Shown here piece by piece: positions 12,501 through 24,969 of a stretch of DNA of 64,000 nucleotides; within the stretch, counting starts at the first letter, position 1, and every line of letters starts with the position of its first letter. The notes under the pieces are model-generated. The model saw only the letters and a list, made by a program, of their open reading frames with translations, did no database searches and was not told the DNA's origin. The translations under genes and the position numbers were made by a program. Source of the DNA: Macrostomum lignano. Lineage: Eukaryota. Where the stretch lies: assembly GCA_002269645.1 (NCBI GenBank), contig NIVC01003764.1, positions 1 through 64,000 on the forward strand, written 5' to 3'.

Positions 12501-15407
12501 TCAAAGGCGGCTTGGCCAAGTCTCTGCTCGACTGGCACGCTGAATTGCTGGCTGAGTGTGACAGAGCGGAGGAGCTGGAAGCTGCGGGCTGCTCAGAAGA
12601 GAATAAAAATGTAATTATCGATTTGTTTCTATTTGTTTTCTTATGTAGTTTTATTATCTACCGATGTCATGGATTATTTTAGGAAAAATAATCTTTAGCT
12701 TGATTAGACAGTAGATTAGGAATATTAGGTTTGCATTAGGGGAACTCGTAGGTTATTAGGTATTGAATTAGGGGAACTCATAGGCTATTAGGTATTGAAT
12801 TAGGGGAACTCATAGGCTATTAGGTATTGAATTAGGGGGAACTCGTAGGTTATTAGGTATTGAATTAGGGGAACTCATAGGCTATTACATGTAGGTATTG
12901 AATTAGGGGAACTCATAGGCTATTAGGTATTGAATTAGGGGAACTCATAGGCTATTAGGTGTTGGATTAGGGGAACTCATAGGCTATTAGGTATTGAATT
13001 AGGGGAACTCATAGGCTATTAGGTATTGAATTAGGGGAACTCATAGGCTATTAGGTATTGAATTAGAGAAACTCATAGGCTATTAGGTATTGAATTAGAG
13101 AAACTCATAGGCTATTAGGTATTGAATTAGGGGAACTCATAGGCTATTAGGTATTGAATTAGGGGAACTCATAGACTATTTATTGCTCGTAGGCCAATTT
13201 GAATACCAACTATAGGATTACGAGTAAAATTAAACAATTGACAGCCCAAAGACGCTGCCGCAGCCCGTCGCGCTCTGCTATCGTCGCAGTCGGCCGCCGA
13301 CGAGGCCGCCCTCGCCGACTGGCGTTGGACAGAAATTTTGGCGCCCCTGATGCCGCCCAAGTCAGCGCCAGATTCGGCGCCGGCTGTCGACTTCAAGTCG
13401 GCTCTGGTGTTCGCCGGTCTGCCCGCAGATCTGCTGCCATCAAGTTTGTCCACCGGCTCCTGGCGACTGGAGCTGGCGGCCTGTGCCGGCAGCCGGATGT
13501 ACGGCCTGAGCACCCCGCAGTCGGATGTGGACTACCTGCTGGTGTACAGCCGGAGGGATGAGTTCAGGCACCTGCGGCATCCCCCAGACACAACCGAATC
13601 CAGGGGACCGGATAAGACCGTGAGTGAGCTCTTGATCCCTAATCCTCCTTAATCCTCACGCCTCCTAATCCTCACGGCTCCTAATCCTCACGGCTCCTAA
13701 TCCTCACGGCTCCTAATCCTCACGGCTCCTAATCCTCACGGCTCCTAATCCTCACGGCTCCTAATCCTCACGGCTCCTAATCCTCACGGCTCCTAATCCT
13801 CACGGCTCCTAATCCTCACGGCTCCTAATCCTCACGGCTCCTAATCCTCACGGCTCCTAATCCTCACGGCTCCTAATCCTCACGGCTCCTAATCCTCACG
13901 GCTCCTAATCCTCACGGCTCCTAATCCTCACGGCTCCTAATCCTCACGGCTCTTAATCCTCACGGCTCCTAATCCTCACGGCTCCTAATCCCTAATCCTA
14001 CTTAATCCTCACGGCTCTTAATCCTTTCCCTAATCCTCACCACCCATAATCCCAGATCGAGTTCGGTTGCTGCGAAGCGGCAGAGTTCGCCCGGCAGTTG
14101 CTCAGGGGCAGCATAGTGCAGCTGGAGCTGCTGTTCGCACAGCCGGCCGCTCGGCTGTTCGTGTCACCCGCCTTCGACTGGCTGCTGCAGCGGCGGATGC
14201 GTCTGGCCACGGAGAACTTCATCAGGCAGCTGCTGGGACTGGCGAGTCAGCTGGTCAGGACGCTGAGCAAAGCGGAGGTGCTTGGCAATAGTTTAAACTT
14301 GGTGATTTAGAGTTTGGAGCTTAGTGAATTAAAGTTTGGAGCTTAGTGAATTAGAGTTTATAGCTTAGTGAATTAGAGTTTAGGACTTTAGTGAATTAGA
14401 GTTTAGAGCTTAGTGAATTAGAATTTAGCTTGTACAGTTGACGTTGCAATCTCCACCCATCGCAGGTCAACCCAGACCAGTTCCCACCAGCCGAGGCCCG
14501 CAAGGTGGGCAAGGCTGCCTACCAGCTTGAGCACAAACTCAACCTTCTGACTGACCTGGCCGCGGGCATCGAACCCCGAGTCACCCTGGAGGGTGCCGAG
14601 CGCGAGCGAGTGCTGGCTCTGAGATCAGCTGACTGGGCCGACCCTGCCAGCAGGCGGGCACTGGCTCGGGCCTCACTCGACAGGTAAGACGTTTTAAAGC
14701 TCTTTATGTGAGGCTGTTTGACCTTCTAATGTATCCTAGTGCACTGGGACCTTGAAATGTCACCTGATTGAAATTGCAACCTTCAGGTGTTAACAGATTT
14801 AAAAAGGACCTTCAAATACTTTAAATTATCGCCTCTTGGAGACAATGGTCCTTCAAATATCACCTGGTAGAGAATATAAGTTTAGTGTCTCTTGGTTAAA
14901 ACTTAGACATTCAAATGTTACATAGTTAAAGCTTTGACCTTCAAATGTCACTTCGTTAAAGTTTTGACCTTCAAATGTCACTTCGTTAAAGTTTTGACCT
15001 TCAAATGTCACTTCGTTAAAGTTTTGACCTTCAAATGTCACTTCGTTAAAGTTTTGACCTTCAAATGTCACTTGGTGGAGAATATGACCTATGCTTAGGA
15101 CCATATCACACGTACCTGATGTCATCTGATTAAAGCAGTGACCTTCAAATCTCACCTGGTTAAAACTAGCACCAGGTAGTCATCAGGTGGTGACTTTAAC
15201 CTTCATATGTCACCCAGTAGAATCTCTCCTGTGACTTTTAAACTAGTTTTTCAACCTTCAAAAACGTTCTATCCCAGGCACAGAGCAGTTAAACAAACTC
15301 TGGCATCGCGAAGCAGCCGGCTGGCTGAGAACTGCCCGACAGATTTTCTCACCGACTGGCTGCAAGTTGTGCACTTTGGGAGCCACATCTCCGAGGCTGA
15401 GTCTTGA
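9591..15407 (+). CDS. Six-exon gene encoding an RlaP/YcgL-like (Pol-beta superfamily) nucleotidyltransferase, about 508 aa
   Basis: Exons 9591-9839, 12278-12610 (alternative in-frame acceptor at 12254), 13245-13619, 14056-14277, 14466-14683 and 15278-15407, all GT-AG with matching phases (0,0,0,0,2). Catalytic motif AGSRMYGLSTPQSDVDY, then EFARQLLRGSIVQLELLF, SPAFDWL..RR, KAAYQL..KLNLL...AAGIEPRV.LEG.ERE.VL and FLTDWLQVV, the layout of the COG3541/PF10127 family as I recall it. Confidence 0.8.
10345..12240. repeat. 22-bp minisatellite (GGCAGATTCTCATGGGTTGAGT)n in intron 1 of the NTase gene
   Basis: About 85 tandem units with variants. Confidence 0.95.
12735..13170. repeat. 32-bp minisatellite (TTAGGGGAACTCATAGGCTATTAGGTATTGAA)n, NTase intron 2
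   Basis: Tandem units read directly. Confidence 0.95.
13636..14040. repeat. 16-bp minisatellite (CTCCTAATCCTCACGG)n filling NTase intron 3
   Basis: Near-perfect tandem units between donor 13620 and acceptor 14055. Confidence 0.95.
14306..14425. repeat. 22-bp repeat (TTAGAGTTTGGAGCTTAGTGAA)n, NTase intron 4
   Basis: About 5 diverged units. Confidence 0.85.
14920..15070. repeat. 30-bp repeat (TCAAATGTCACTTCGTTAAAGTTTTGACCT)n, NTase intron 5
   Basis: 4-5 near-identical units plus decayed flanks. Confidence 0.9.
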
Positions 15408-15597
15408 TACTCAGTGTGACGTCTGTTAGTCGTACAATCATAGTTCCGCTTATATTTATGGCTAATAAACACTTATTCAATTGTGATAAATATGAATAAA
15501 ATTATGTTTATGATTGTATTTATACGCTCGCATTTTATAATTTATAATAAAAAGATTTGCTTTCATGGTCAATTCTGCTGTGATAAATTTTTTAGAT

Positions 15598-16000
15598 CCC
15601 ACCAACCCAAATCCCCATTATACTCGTACCTTCGATCCCTAAGACCTTCAATCCCACCACCCCTAATCCCAACCACCCTAATCCCCACCACCCCAAATCT
15701 CCACCACCCCTAATCCCCACCACCCCTAATCCCCAACACCCCTGATCATCCCCACCACCCCTAATCCCCAACACCCCTGATCATCCCCACCACCCCTAAT
15801 CCCCAACACCCCTGATCATCCCCACCACCCCTAATCCCCAACACCCCTGATCATCCCCACCACCCCTAATCCCTACCACCCCTGATCCCACCATCCCTAA
15901 TCCCACCACCCCAAATCCCACCACCCCTAATCCCACCACCCCTAACCCCACCAACCCTAATCCCACCACCCCAATCCCACCACCCTTAATCCCCACAACT
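15598..16000. repeat. C-rich repeat (CCCCACCACCCCTAAT core) downstream of the NTase stop
   Basis: Tandem variants read directly. Confidence 0.9.
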
Positions 16001-17311
16001 GCTAATCAGCACCATTTTAAATTGTCACTACGGTCTAATGGTAATCAAATTTTAAAAGTAATAAATATTATAAGCAATGCTAATTAATGTATTTACACTA
16101 TTCAGCTATTCCCAATGAGAATATAAAATTCTATTTTAACAAAATGAGCTAAAATCGAACAATCATTTTGAGCTGCAATGTTTTAATTATGTACGATTTA
16201 GTTCAAAGTTTTATTTTACTTAAACATTTGAGCAAAGCAAACAAGCGAAAGAGAAAAAAATAAGCATTTAAGGTTAGGATAGGGTGATTTTTGTGATAGT
16301 GAAGAGCTGCTAAACTTTTCTACTTTAAGTAGCATATTGAAGATATTAAGAAGTTTAAACAAGCTGCATATATGAAATAACTAGTTGTACATGCAGTTGT
16401 TTAGTTGGTAGCCTTTTTTACTTAAAATTTGGCGTAAATCTGTTTACCTGCTTATAAATTAGTTTTGTGTCCGCTTAATTAGCATGACAAATAAATATTA
16501 TAAGGCGCTAGAGATGCCAGTACTGCGTTAGTAGCAATGGAAACAAAGGTGATTAGCATTGACAGAATACCTAAAGTAACAATTTTCTCCGTCCTCGAAA
16601 GAAAATTTACATCGAAAATAAAAAGATATCTATAGTTCCACTTTTCGAGGACAGCACGGCAGTTTGAAATCGCGCGAAAAATCGGTTAAGAGAAAATCGA
16701 TTTATTAAAACAAAAAGAGGTTACTTACTGAGGTAACCTTTTCGAAATTACGAAGTAGAAATTCACAGACTGACTTCCGTCTTTAAGTCGTGTTTCTCTG
16801 GCGCCAAAAAAAGCAAAAAAATATAAAAATTTCGAAATGGAAATCGAAAAAAGAGAAACACGGAAAGTTGAAAAAGACTTTCTATCGCTTCTGTTCAATT
16901 TGCGTTACTGTAAGTAGAGTGGGCTGACCATGCGAGCGCGTGTTTTGCAAAGCGGTAAAAGCTGCTAAATATACATTAGAAAGCAATAAATATATCTGAT
17001 ATATATTCGTATGTATTGGATGCATTGCTTTGTTTGAGTGACTGAGTCTCTATTTCAGCTCACTTGGACATTCCTGTGGTTGAAATTAAACAGTGTCCGG
17101 AAACTTTTGCAACACCCCTCGCATTAGCGCAATGCGGAAAAAAGCAATTAAATATGGAATGAAGATTTTATTGGATCCTCAAGTACCTTTGCTAGACCGT
17201 TTCTAGGTGAGCTATAGCTGTGTTTCAAAATTTAAAAATGTTTTGCAAACTAACAATGCGTGACTAGCCATCATTTCTTGGAATGCGAGACGCACTATAC
17301 ACTTTAAAAGG

Positions 17312-20300
17312 CTACAAGTCTGTGGTCAGATCTCTTCCACGAGAAGCCGTTTGAGTAGTGTGAGTATCGGTTGGCATCTTGTCCAGCATCCAGCCTCCAT
17401 TGTCGATGGTTGCCGGGCCAACCAGGCATTGAAATCGCAGGCCGGTGTTGCCATCCACCGGCTGAATCGTCTCCGCCCGGAACTCCAGGCCGCTATTGGC
17501 GAATTCCTGGGCGGAGGCGAACAGTTTCGGATGATGATGCCGAAGGCTGACAACGCGACGCGTCAGGTCGCGTTGCAACGCTGTCAGATTATTTCGTCTT
17601 CCAGCCCGACGCTTCTCCTGCTCCAGCTCGTTGCTCGACGTTGTCGCCGCGTCGTCGACGCACCGGACGACAGTCCAGCAGCGAAGCAGCGGGCCGCCAT
17701 CGTCACCAGTGTTGCGCGTCTGCGGGTAGCTGCTCGCCAGGGGGAGGGCGGCGCAGAGAACGAAAGTCGAACCTTGCATCGACGAGCTGCGGTCGGCTTC
17801 GGCAACGGTAGCGACGGATGCGTCAGGGTCCGCCTCTGCAGCCGGGTCGCTCCACGGCAGGAAGGTTGGCGGACGCAGCAGGGTCGGGATGTTGCTGTTG
17901 CTGCTGCTATTGTTGGACATAGAGACTCCGGATAGGACTAACTGGACGCAGCCACCGCTGTCTGCAGAGACGTTCGAAGCTCCTCGCTTAGCCAGTCGAG
18001 CCAGTGGCGGCCCGGCTCGACACGCTGCTCGTCTCAGAGCCGACCGGCAGGCGGCCAGCTGGCGGTCGAAAGCGCAGACGCGACTGTGCGCTGCCCAGTG
18101 CGCTCGACGGCAAGGGTCTGAGCAGTAGCCGACTGTGGCGCAGTTGGGGCAACCGCAGGGACAGCCGCCGTCGCCGCCACTGACGCGACTGCATCGCAGG
18201 TTGCAGCAGCGCCCAATAGCCGACGGAGCTGCTGGCAAAGCTAGCGAATCTGTTGGCTGAGTCTCCGACTTCCGCGCCGACTTCTTGGCGATACAGAACA
18301 GGGCAGCTGCTTCGTCCGCCGTTCGAGACTCGTCGTTGGAAAGTTGCGCGTTTCTACGATCGATCGACTGCAGCAGCGTTCGAGTCTCGGACATCCGGGT
18401 CAGACCGGCTTCGTAGCTCGGCGCCTCGGCGGGACCTTCAGCTAGGAATTTAACGGCTGCTTGTTCTTCTGACTGATGATTTTTCTGGTCTACGGCGTCT
18501 TTCAATCCGGTGGCGTGGACTGCGAGTGAAGAGGACCTCGTTGGTGGCGGCGGAGGCGGCGGCTTGCTGGACGTCGATAAGGTGACTTGACTCGGCTGCG
18601 GCTTCGATGAAAAGTCACTTGGTCGCAGAGTCAGAGTCAGCAGCGGAGGCGGCGGAGGCGTCGGCCGCAGTTGATCTGTTTTACTGACGTCTCCGTCAGG
18701 TGTTCGGCTGTCTAAGCTGCTCTGTTTGATGTAGCGCCTCGGCTGCGAGCCGCTCTCAGTCGACTGGTGTTTCTTGGGTTGCACCAGCTGTTGCGGCTCG
18801 GCTTGTAGACGGTTTGTCATCCCGGCTGGCAGGCTGACAAACTTTGGCATGATGAGCACCGCCCTTGACACCTGATTGGTTGCGGCCGAATCGGACATCG
18901 TTGGGGTTGCTGACGTCACAGACGAAGCCGCTGATGCTGTTGCCACCGCTGCGGCCGCTTCTGACTGAACTTTTCGTCGCCATGGATGTTGCTGTCTCTC
19001 GCCAGGTTGCTTCTGGCGGTCCCAGCATGCCGCTACCGACTGCGGCCGTCCACTGTCGCCGCCATCGCCCAATGGCAAACTGTCAATCCAGTCGGGTAGG
19101 TCAAGGCGCGACAAGGATCTGTGTGCATGACAACGGGAGAGTTTGAAATAATCATGCCTAATCCCGATCCCTGATCCCGATCCCTGATCCCGATCCCTGA
19201 TCCCGATCCCTGATCCCGATCCCTGATCCCGATCCCTGATCCCGATCCCTGATCCCGATCCCTGATCCCGATCCCTGATCCCGATCCCTGATCCCGATCC
19301 CTGATCCCGATCCCTGATCCCGATCCCTGATCCCGATCCCTGATCCCGATCCCTGATCCCGATCCCTGATCCCGATCCCTGATCCCGATCCCTGATCCCG
19401 ATCCCTGATCCCGATCCCTGATCCCGATCCCTGATCCCGATCCCTGATCCCGATCCCTGATCCCGATCCCTGATCCCGATCCCTGATCCCGATCCCTGAT
19501 CCCGATCCCTGATCCCGATCCCTGATCCCGATGACTCACCTACAGATGACCTTCTCGCTCTCAGATTTCGCCCTGGCCTCCAGCCTCTCGATGAAAGTTG
19601 GATGGCACCTGGTCTGAAGTGCTCGCTTCGACTGGCCCGCTGGCTGCTGCCTCTGCCGGTACCTGTCGCCTCCTTTTCTGCTGCCTCTGTCGGCAAGCAG
19701 GTCTTCGCTGGCCGCCCGACCGACTTCTTCCCGGCTTTCGCCGAGGCCTCCAAGATCGGCCAGGCTGCTGGCGCCTCGACGATTAACTGCGCCGATTTCG
19801 TCTAAGTTTGTCTCCGCGAAGGCTTCAACAGCGGCAGCCTCCATCAGGCAGCGGTGCAGTTCGTACAGCGACACGGACTTGCTGTCCTCGCCGCGATCTG
19901 TCAGCGGCGAGTCAGTCGGCGATTCGTCGGCATCTCTAGCGGCATCCAGATCAGTTGATTTGAATCGGCGGCGCCAAAATTCTCGCCGCTGCGCTACCAG
20001 TGTCGGCGGTGGCACCGGCGGCGGCGCCGAGCTCTGGCCGGCGAAGATTCGCAAGGCGTCTTCGTCGCTCATCAAGTGTCGCAGCTCGTAGCCGCGGTGA
20101 CTGTCGGAGCTCAGGGGCTGCTGCTGTACAATGGTCGCTTGAATCGGTGTTAGCAGCGGCTTATCGTCGTCTGGTGATGAGTCGCTGCTGTCCGGAATGA
20201 AGGCCGCCTCCACGGTCAGCGCTGCAATTGGCGGCGCCGCGTCAGTTGTCGCCGCGGCGCTCTCCTTAGCGCTCAACTCCTCTAGCTGACGCTTCAGGCT

Positions 20301-22190
20301 CAGCAGGCGCTGCTGGTGCAGCATCGACTCTGAAGACAAGGCATCCGGGTGACTGCTTCTGCACGCCAGAGACGGCAGCGGCGAGGACGGCGGCGGTGGC
20401 GGTGGCAGCAGCGGCTTCAGGGTCGACGGCGGAAACGTCGCCGAAGGCTGCATTATTGACTCGAGGCCGCCGCCGTCGACACCGACGCCGAAGTAGCCCT
20501 GAGCTGGAGTCCCGACCGCTGACGGGCTCACTGTGCAGGACGTGGAAACCAGAATGTGCAGCAGCTGTGGCTGCGATGCTACTGTCGCAGTCTCGCTGTT
20601 CCGACCGTCGAATCCGTTGAAGTTGCCGCCAACTGCACGGACGATGCCTACGGCGCTGTTGGCGGCGAGCCCGGCCGCTCTAGCCGTCGCCCTGGCAACG
20701 GCGGCTCCGGCGCTGGCTGCGCTGGCCTCCGACGTGACGACGCCAGGCTGTTCCTCGGTGCGGCTGTTGATCCAGCTGCCGTTGTAGTCGGTGACTCTCG
20801 CGCTGGAGGACGCGATGGCTCTGACTGCGCCGGCCAGCTCTGCGGAGGAATCGGCCAGTAATAAATAAACGCATTTTTAAAGGGGCTGGTGCAGTCGAGG
20901 TTTTCATAGCGGGCACTATGGATGCCATAAACTTTTGCCGCTCTTAGCTCGTACCTGGCTACGCGCACCTCCTCATTTCAATTGAGCGTTATGTACTTTT
21001 TTCTGCGTCTCTGGGTGAAGCGTTTTTTTCATCTATATTTACAAACTAACTCTTTGCAAAGGCAGAGAGTCTTAGCAAACTTGTCTCAATCAAGTCAGTT
21101 ACTTTCTTTCTGCTCCAATTATCTCCTAAGTCGAAGGGATTAGGGAGACAGTCACGGGAGAGGAAGGCCTACACGAGTGTCATTTGTTCCTAATTAATCG
21201 ATTGGCTCGTACTATGGGTCCGAGCCAATTAAGTTCTTACTCAATTCTGTATCCATTATGTACTTCCGTAGACAGCCATACCTTTCGGGGCTGCATGCCT
21301 GCGTACAGTACTGACGCGCTTGCATGTGAGTCAGCGGAATGTTCAGATGTCGCCGAAGGCTTTGCGCCAGGGTACCCGCAACTTTCCAGCGAATATTTAT
21401 TTTAGCTCGTACTTATCATTAGCGCTAAAACTACGGCAGTTTGATTTACCTTCTGGCCGCCTTTTAGTGTACTGCATGATCGCATTTGACTCCTCTGCAT
21501 TGTTGCTGTCTTCTTCTGGATCGATCACGTCTGACTCTGCCGACTTGCCAGAAGCTGCTGTCAGCAAGCGCAAGCCTGTCTGACACAGACTCGGATCCGA
21601 GCAGCTGCGGGTCGGGTGCTTCGTCAGCGATCTGCAGCACTCAGTCGGCTGGAAGCCTCTGCCGCAGCTGCCACCGCCGCCGCCGCCGCAGCCGCCACAG
21701 CGGCCTCCTCAGCGATGGCTCCAAGGCGTCGACAGCCGCTACTTGCGCGGCTTTGTCTGCCATTTCGCAGCAGAATCTGCTGCTGCCGGTGCTGCTGCTG
21801 CAGTCGGCGTCGGGCTTCGCGTCGGACGTCGCGTCGGGCCGTCACAGCCGAGGATGCAGCCGCCGCGGCCGTCTGCGGATGTAAGTCCAAGAGGTCCAGG
21901 TCGTCCTGTGAGAGCACTGGCAGTCGCTGCTTGAAATCGACAGTAAAAGCGTTCACAACCGCGGCTGTCGCAGCTTTTGCCGCTGCAGCCGCCGGCGCGT
22001 CAGCTGGCCACTCCGCGTCGCTGGACTCGCTAGACTCCGATGAAGTCGAGTACTCGATGGCCTCGGCGTCGGGCTCATGCAGCCAGGGCCGTCGCAGCCG
22101 TTGCCGATGGGCTCTTGGTTGGTGTTGCTGCTGCTGCTGCTGCTGAGGCTGTTGCTCCTGCTTCGGGGATACAGCAGATTTAGAGGTCCC
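17312..22190 (-). CDS. Large low-complexity protein with C-terminal MYND-type zinc finger, AJM1 (apical junction molecule)-like; 5' structure unresolved
   Basis: Phase-consistent exons: ...-21450, 20839-19540 and 19157-17312 (stop). The C-terminal exon has CPNCATVGYCSDPCRRAHWAAHSRVC followed by LARLAKRG..GGCVQLVL, PTFLPWSD and FVLCAALP, resembling the AJM1/C9orf172 C-terminal domain as I recall it. An upstream Gln/Ala-rich frame (about 22190-21624) needs one extra base to join the downstream frame. Confidence 0.6.
19161..19532. repeat. 13-bp minisatellite (GGGATCGGGATCA on the minus strand) forming almost the entire intron 19158-19539
   Basis: About 28 perfect units between donor GTGAGT (19539) and acceptor TTAG (19158). 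Confidence 0.95.
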
Positions 22191-24429
22191 GCTGTAGTTC
22201 TACGCTCACAGCGACTCTTAATGATCTGGACGACCCAGCCAATCGGCGTATAAGCTCCGCATCTCCCATTCAGATTGCTCCGCCCAGCCGTTCCTCATGC
22301 CCACGGAATTCCCACTAGCTTTCGCTTCCATTTCCTCTCCGCATCTCTTAGTATCGCTTGCACTTTTCTCGAGAGAAAAAAAACTTGCTGATGTTGGGTA
22401 CCCCGCAGTGCTGCCCCGAATCCGCGAAAGAGCGGCGATGATGATGAAGAGGGAAACTGGGCGGATGGAGATCGACGAATTACTTTTGCTGCTGCGACCT
22501 GTGTGGCTACTGCATGACTGCTGTGTGTTCTTGTTTGAAAAAGAACTGCCCACTGATGTTCTGCATTAAACATGGCTCTGGGCTTCCATCCATCCAACCT
22601 AATATACACCAACTGAACATTCTTAGCTGCAGAGTTTAGCTGGCGTCAAGACGGCTGTCCCGGATGCGAGTGCGTGTCGTTTGTGACTTACTCTTACTTA
22701 AAGTTGCAAGTACAAATAGAGATGCAAAATTAACTTACCTGCATCGCTTCGGCTGATGGTAGAGCCTCTAGTAGAGGATCTGCAAACGATGGAGATGAAA
22801 CTTGACTTTGGTTTTGCTTGAATGTTTTTGGATCCAACTAATCAGGACAAGAACTGTGACTAAACTCAGACCAGCCTTAGTGACCATGGCTGGTCCTTTT
22901 TGAGGCAACGAGCTAGAAATTGCCGCTAACTTGGCATTCATTTGCTGCCGCTCTGTTTACAGTTTGCGAAAGCAAAAAAAAGAGAATTGAATTGTTAAAC
23001 AGGTGAAAAATATTGTCGTTCCAGTGTCGACTGCACTGCCTTTGAGAATGGAGAGAGGAAAGAGGTTCATTTCCGACTCGGGTAATTCATTGCATTCCGC
23101 GCTCCACTGAAGCATGCCACCCCGTTTCCATATTCAAGTTGGCATGTTGTCGCTGCCCGAATGTAATGCTCGAGTGTAATTGAATTTTAACATGTCATGA
23201 AAGAATTGCAAGAGCGATGGAGAACAACTTCTTCAAAAATGGTTGACTTGACTTAGGCGGCCCTCCCTCCCTTCCTCAAGGACTTCTCCACTCCTCGCTC
23301 CATCTGTTCGGCTCCGCCCCAGCCTTCAATTTCCATGCTACATCCCCGCGGCATGCAGACTACCCTTCAATTCAATTCCAAATTTGCCGTCCCAAGTTGG
23401 TCAAAGAGAAAAAATCGAATAGGAAAAATGGCTTAGGCAGTTTCCGGACAGCTGATCGACCGCGGCCCATGGGGCAGTTCCAGGCCCAAGTAGGGCTTGG
23501 AAGAAAAGTTCTGGAGGAGAGATGGCAATCCGATCCAAGCAATTGTCGCTGGTTGTCAAGCCCAGTCAGCCAGTGGCAAGCGGGGCGGCGCACCCACCCA
23601 CCCACTCGGTCGTGTCCTCGCATCCCTCCCGTGGAGGCAGGCATCAAGCAAGTCAGTTTTTGTCTGTATAACTCTCTAATAAATATTCTAGTAGAAGTTA
23701 AAGCAAATAGAACGTTGGGTTCGGTTTTTGAAAAGTTTTTAACCCCAAACGGAGTCAATTTCCATGGAAAACATGAGTATTGACTTTGAACTAAACAAAA
23801 TCAGTATTTGAATGAATGTATGAGCAGATAGAAAGAGGACAAGAAAAGTGCAAAAGCTTCATAATGGGATTTTTCAGCTCGCGTTGCAGAAATCTCACCT
23901 ACTTTTAGTTATAATCCACTTCCTGTTGCTTCTACTTCACTAGAAATTTCTTTTTATAGTCAAAGAGCTAGAGAGGAAGGGAGAATGGAGTTAAAGAAGA
24001 TGATGAAGCATGAGCTAAATAAGCGAGGCGGAGCGGCGGCGGAGCAGTCACGCATGCTGTGTGCGAGAGCCACTGTGGTCGCATATGGGCTGAATATTCA
24101 TTTGATGCGTGCAGTCCAGACGAGAGACCCGTTCCAACAGGCTATGCTGATTATTCAGAAAAAAATAATGAATGCGAAAAAACTTTCACTAGCGAGGTCT
24201 CAAGACACTTGTGGTGCCTGCAGGGGCCACAACTATCAAAATGAGAGTAACATATCTTTTTCGCTCTATTCGTCTCTAGGGATATTTGAGAAGTCGCATG
24301 ATCGGTCTCATCTGTACCACGTCTTTCACATCAGTGTTGTCCGAAGCGAAAGTGAACCAAGCTTGATAACCTGACAGAAGCTTAATTTTAGCCACCTCTT
24401 GCACAGGGCATCCACCAATGCAAGATAGT

Positions 24430-24945
24430 GGCGCCCACCAAGAGACAAAAGCGCCCACCAAGAGACAGGGACGCCCACCAAGAGACAGAAGCGCCCACCA
24501 AGAGACAGGGGCGCCCACTAAGAGACAGGGACGCCCACCAAGAGACAGGGACGCCCACCAAGAGACAGGGGCGCCCACCAAGAGACAGGGGCGCCAATCA
24601 AGAGACAGGGGCGCCCACCGAGAGACAGGGGCGCCCACTAAGAGACAGGGGCGCCCACCGAGAGACAGGGGCGCCCACTAAGAGACAGGGGCGCCCACCG
24701 AGAGACAGGGGCGCCCACTAAGAGACAGGGACGCCCACCAAGAGACAGGGGGCGCCAATCAAGAGACAGGGACGCCCACCAAGAGACAGGGACGCCCACC
24801 AAGAGACAGGGGCGCCCACCAAGAGACAGGGACGCCCACCAAGAGACAGGGGCGCCCACCAAGAGACAGGGACGCCCACCAAGAGATAGGGGCGCCAATC
24901 AAGTGACAGGGGCGCCAATCAAGAGACAGGAGCGCCCACCAAGAG
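24430..24945. repeat. 20-bp minisatellite (GGGGCGCCCACCAAGAGACA)n
   Basis: About 25 units with variants. Confidence 0.95.
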
Positions 24946-24969
24946 ACTGAAACCTATGTGTCTCAATCC

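Noticed and set aside
17312-19753. The 813-aa ORF as a real unspliced protein
   Set aside because: It reads through the 13-bp array, which is bounded by GTGAGT and TTAG; splicing joins the upstream 331-aa frame to the MYND exon in phase. Translation from ATG 19753 in a retained-intron RNA is possible but unsupported.
23985-24374. 129-aa plus-strand ORF
   Set aside because: No recognisable motif or splice context, and it lies antisense to the probable minus-strand transcription unit.
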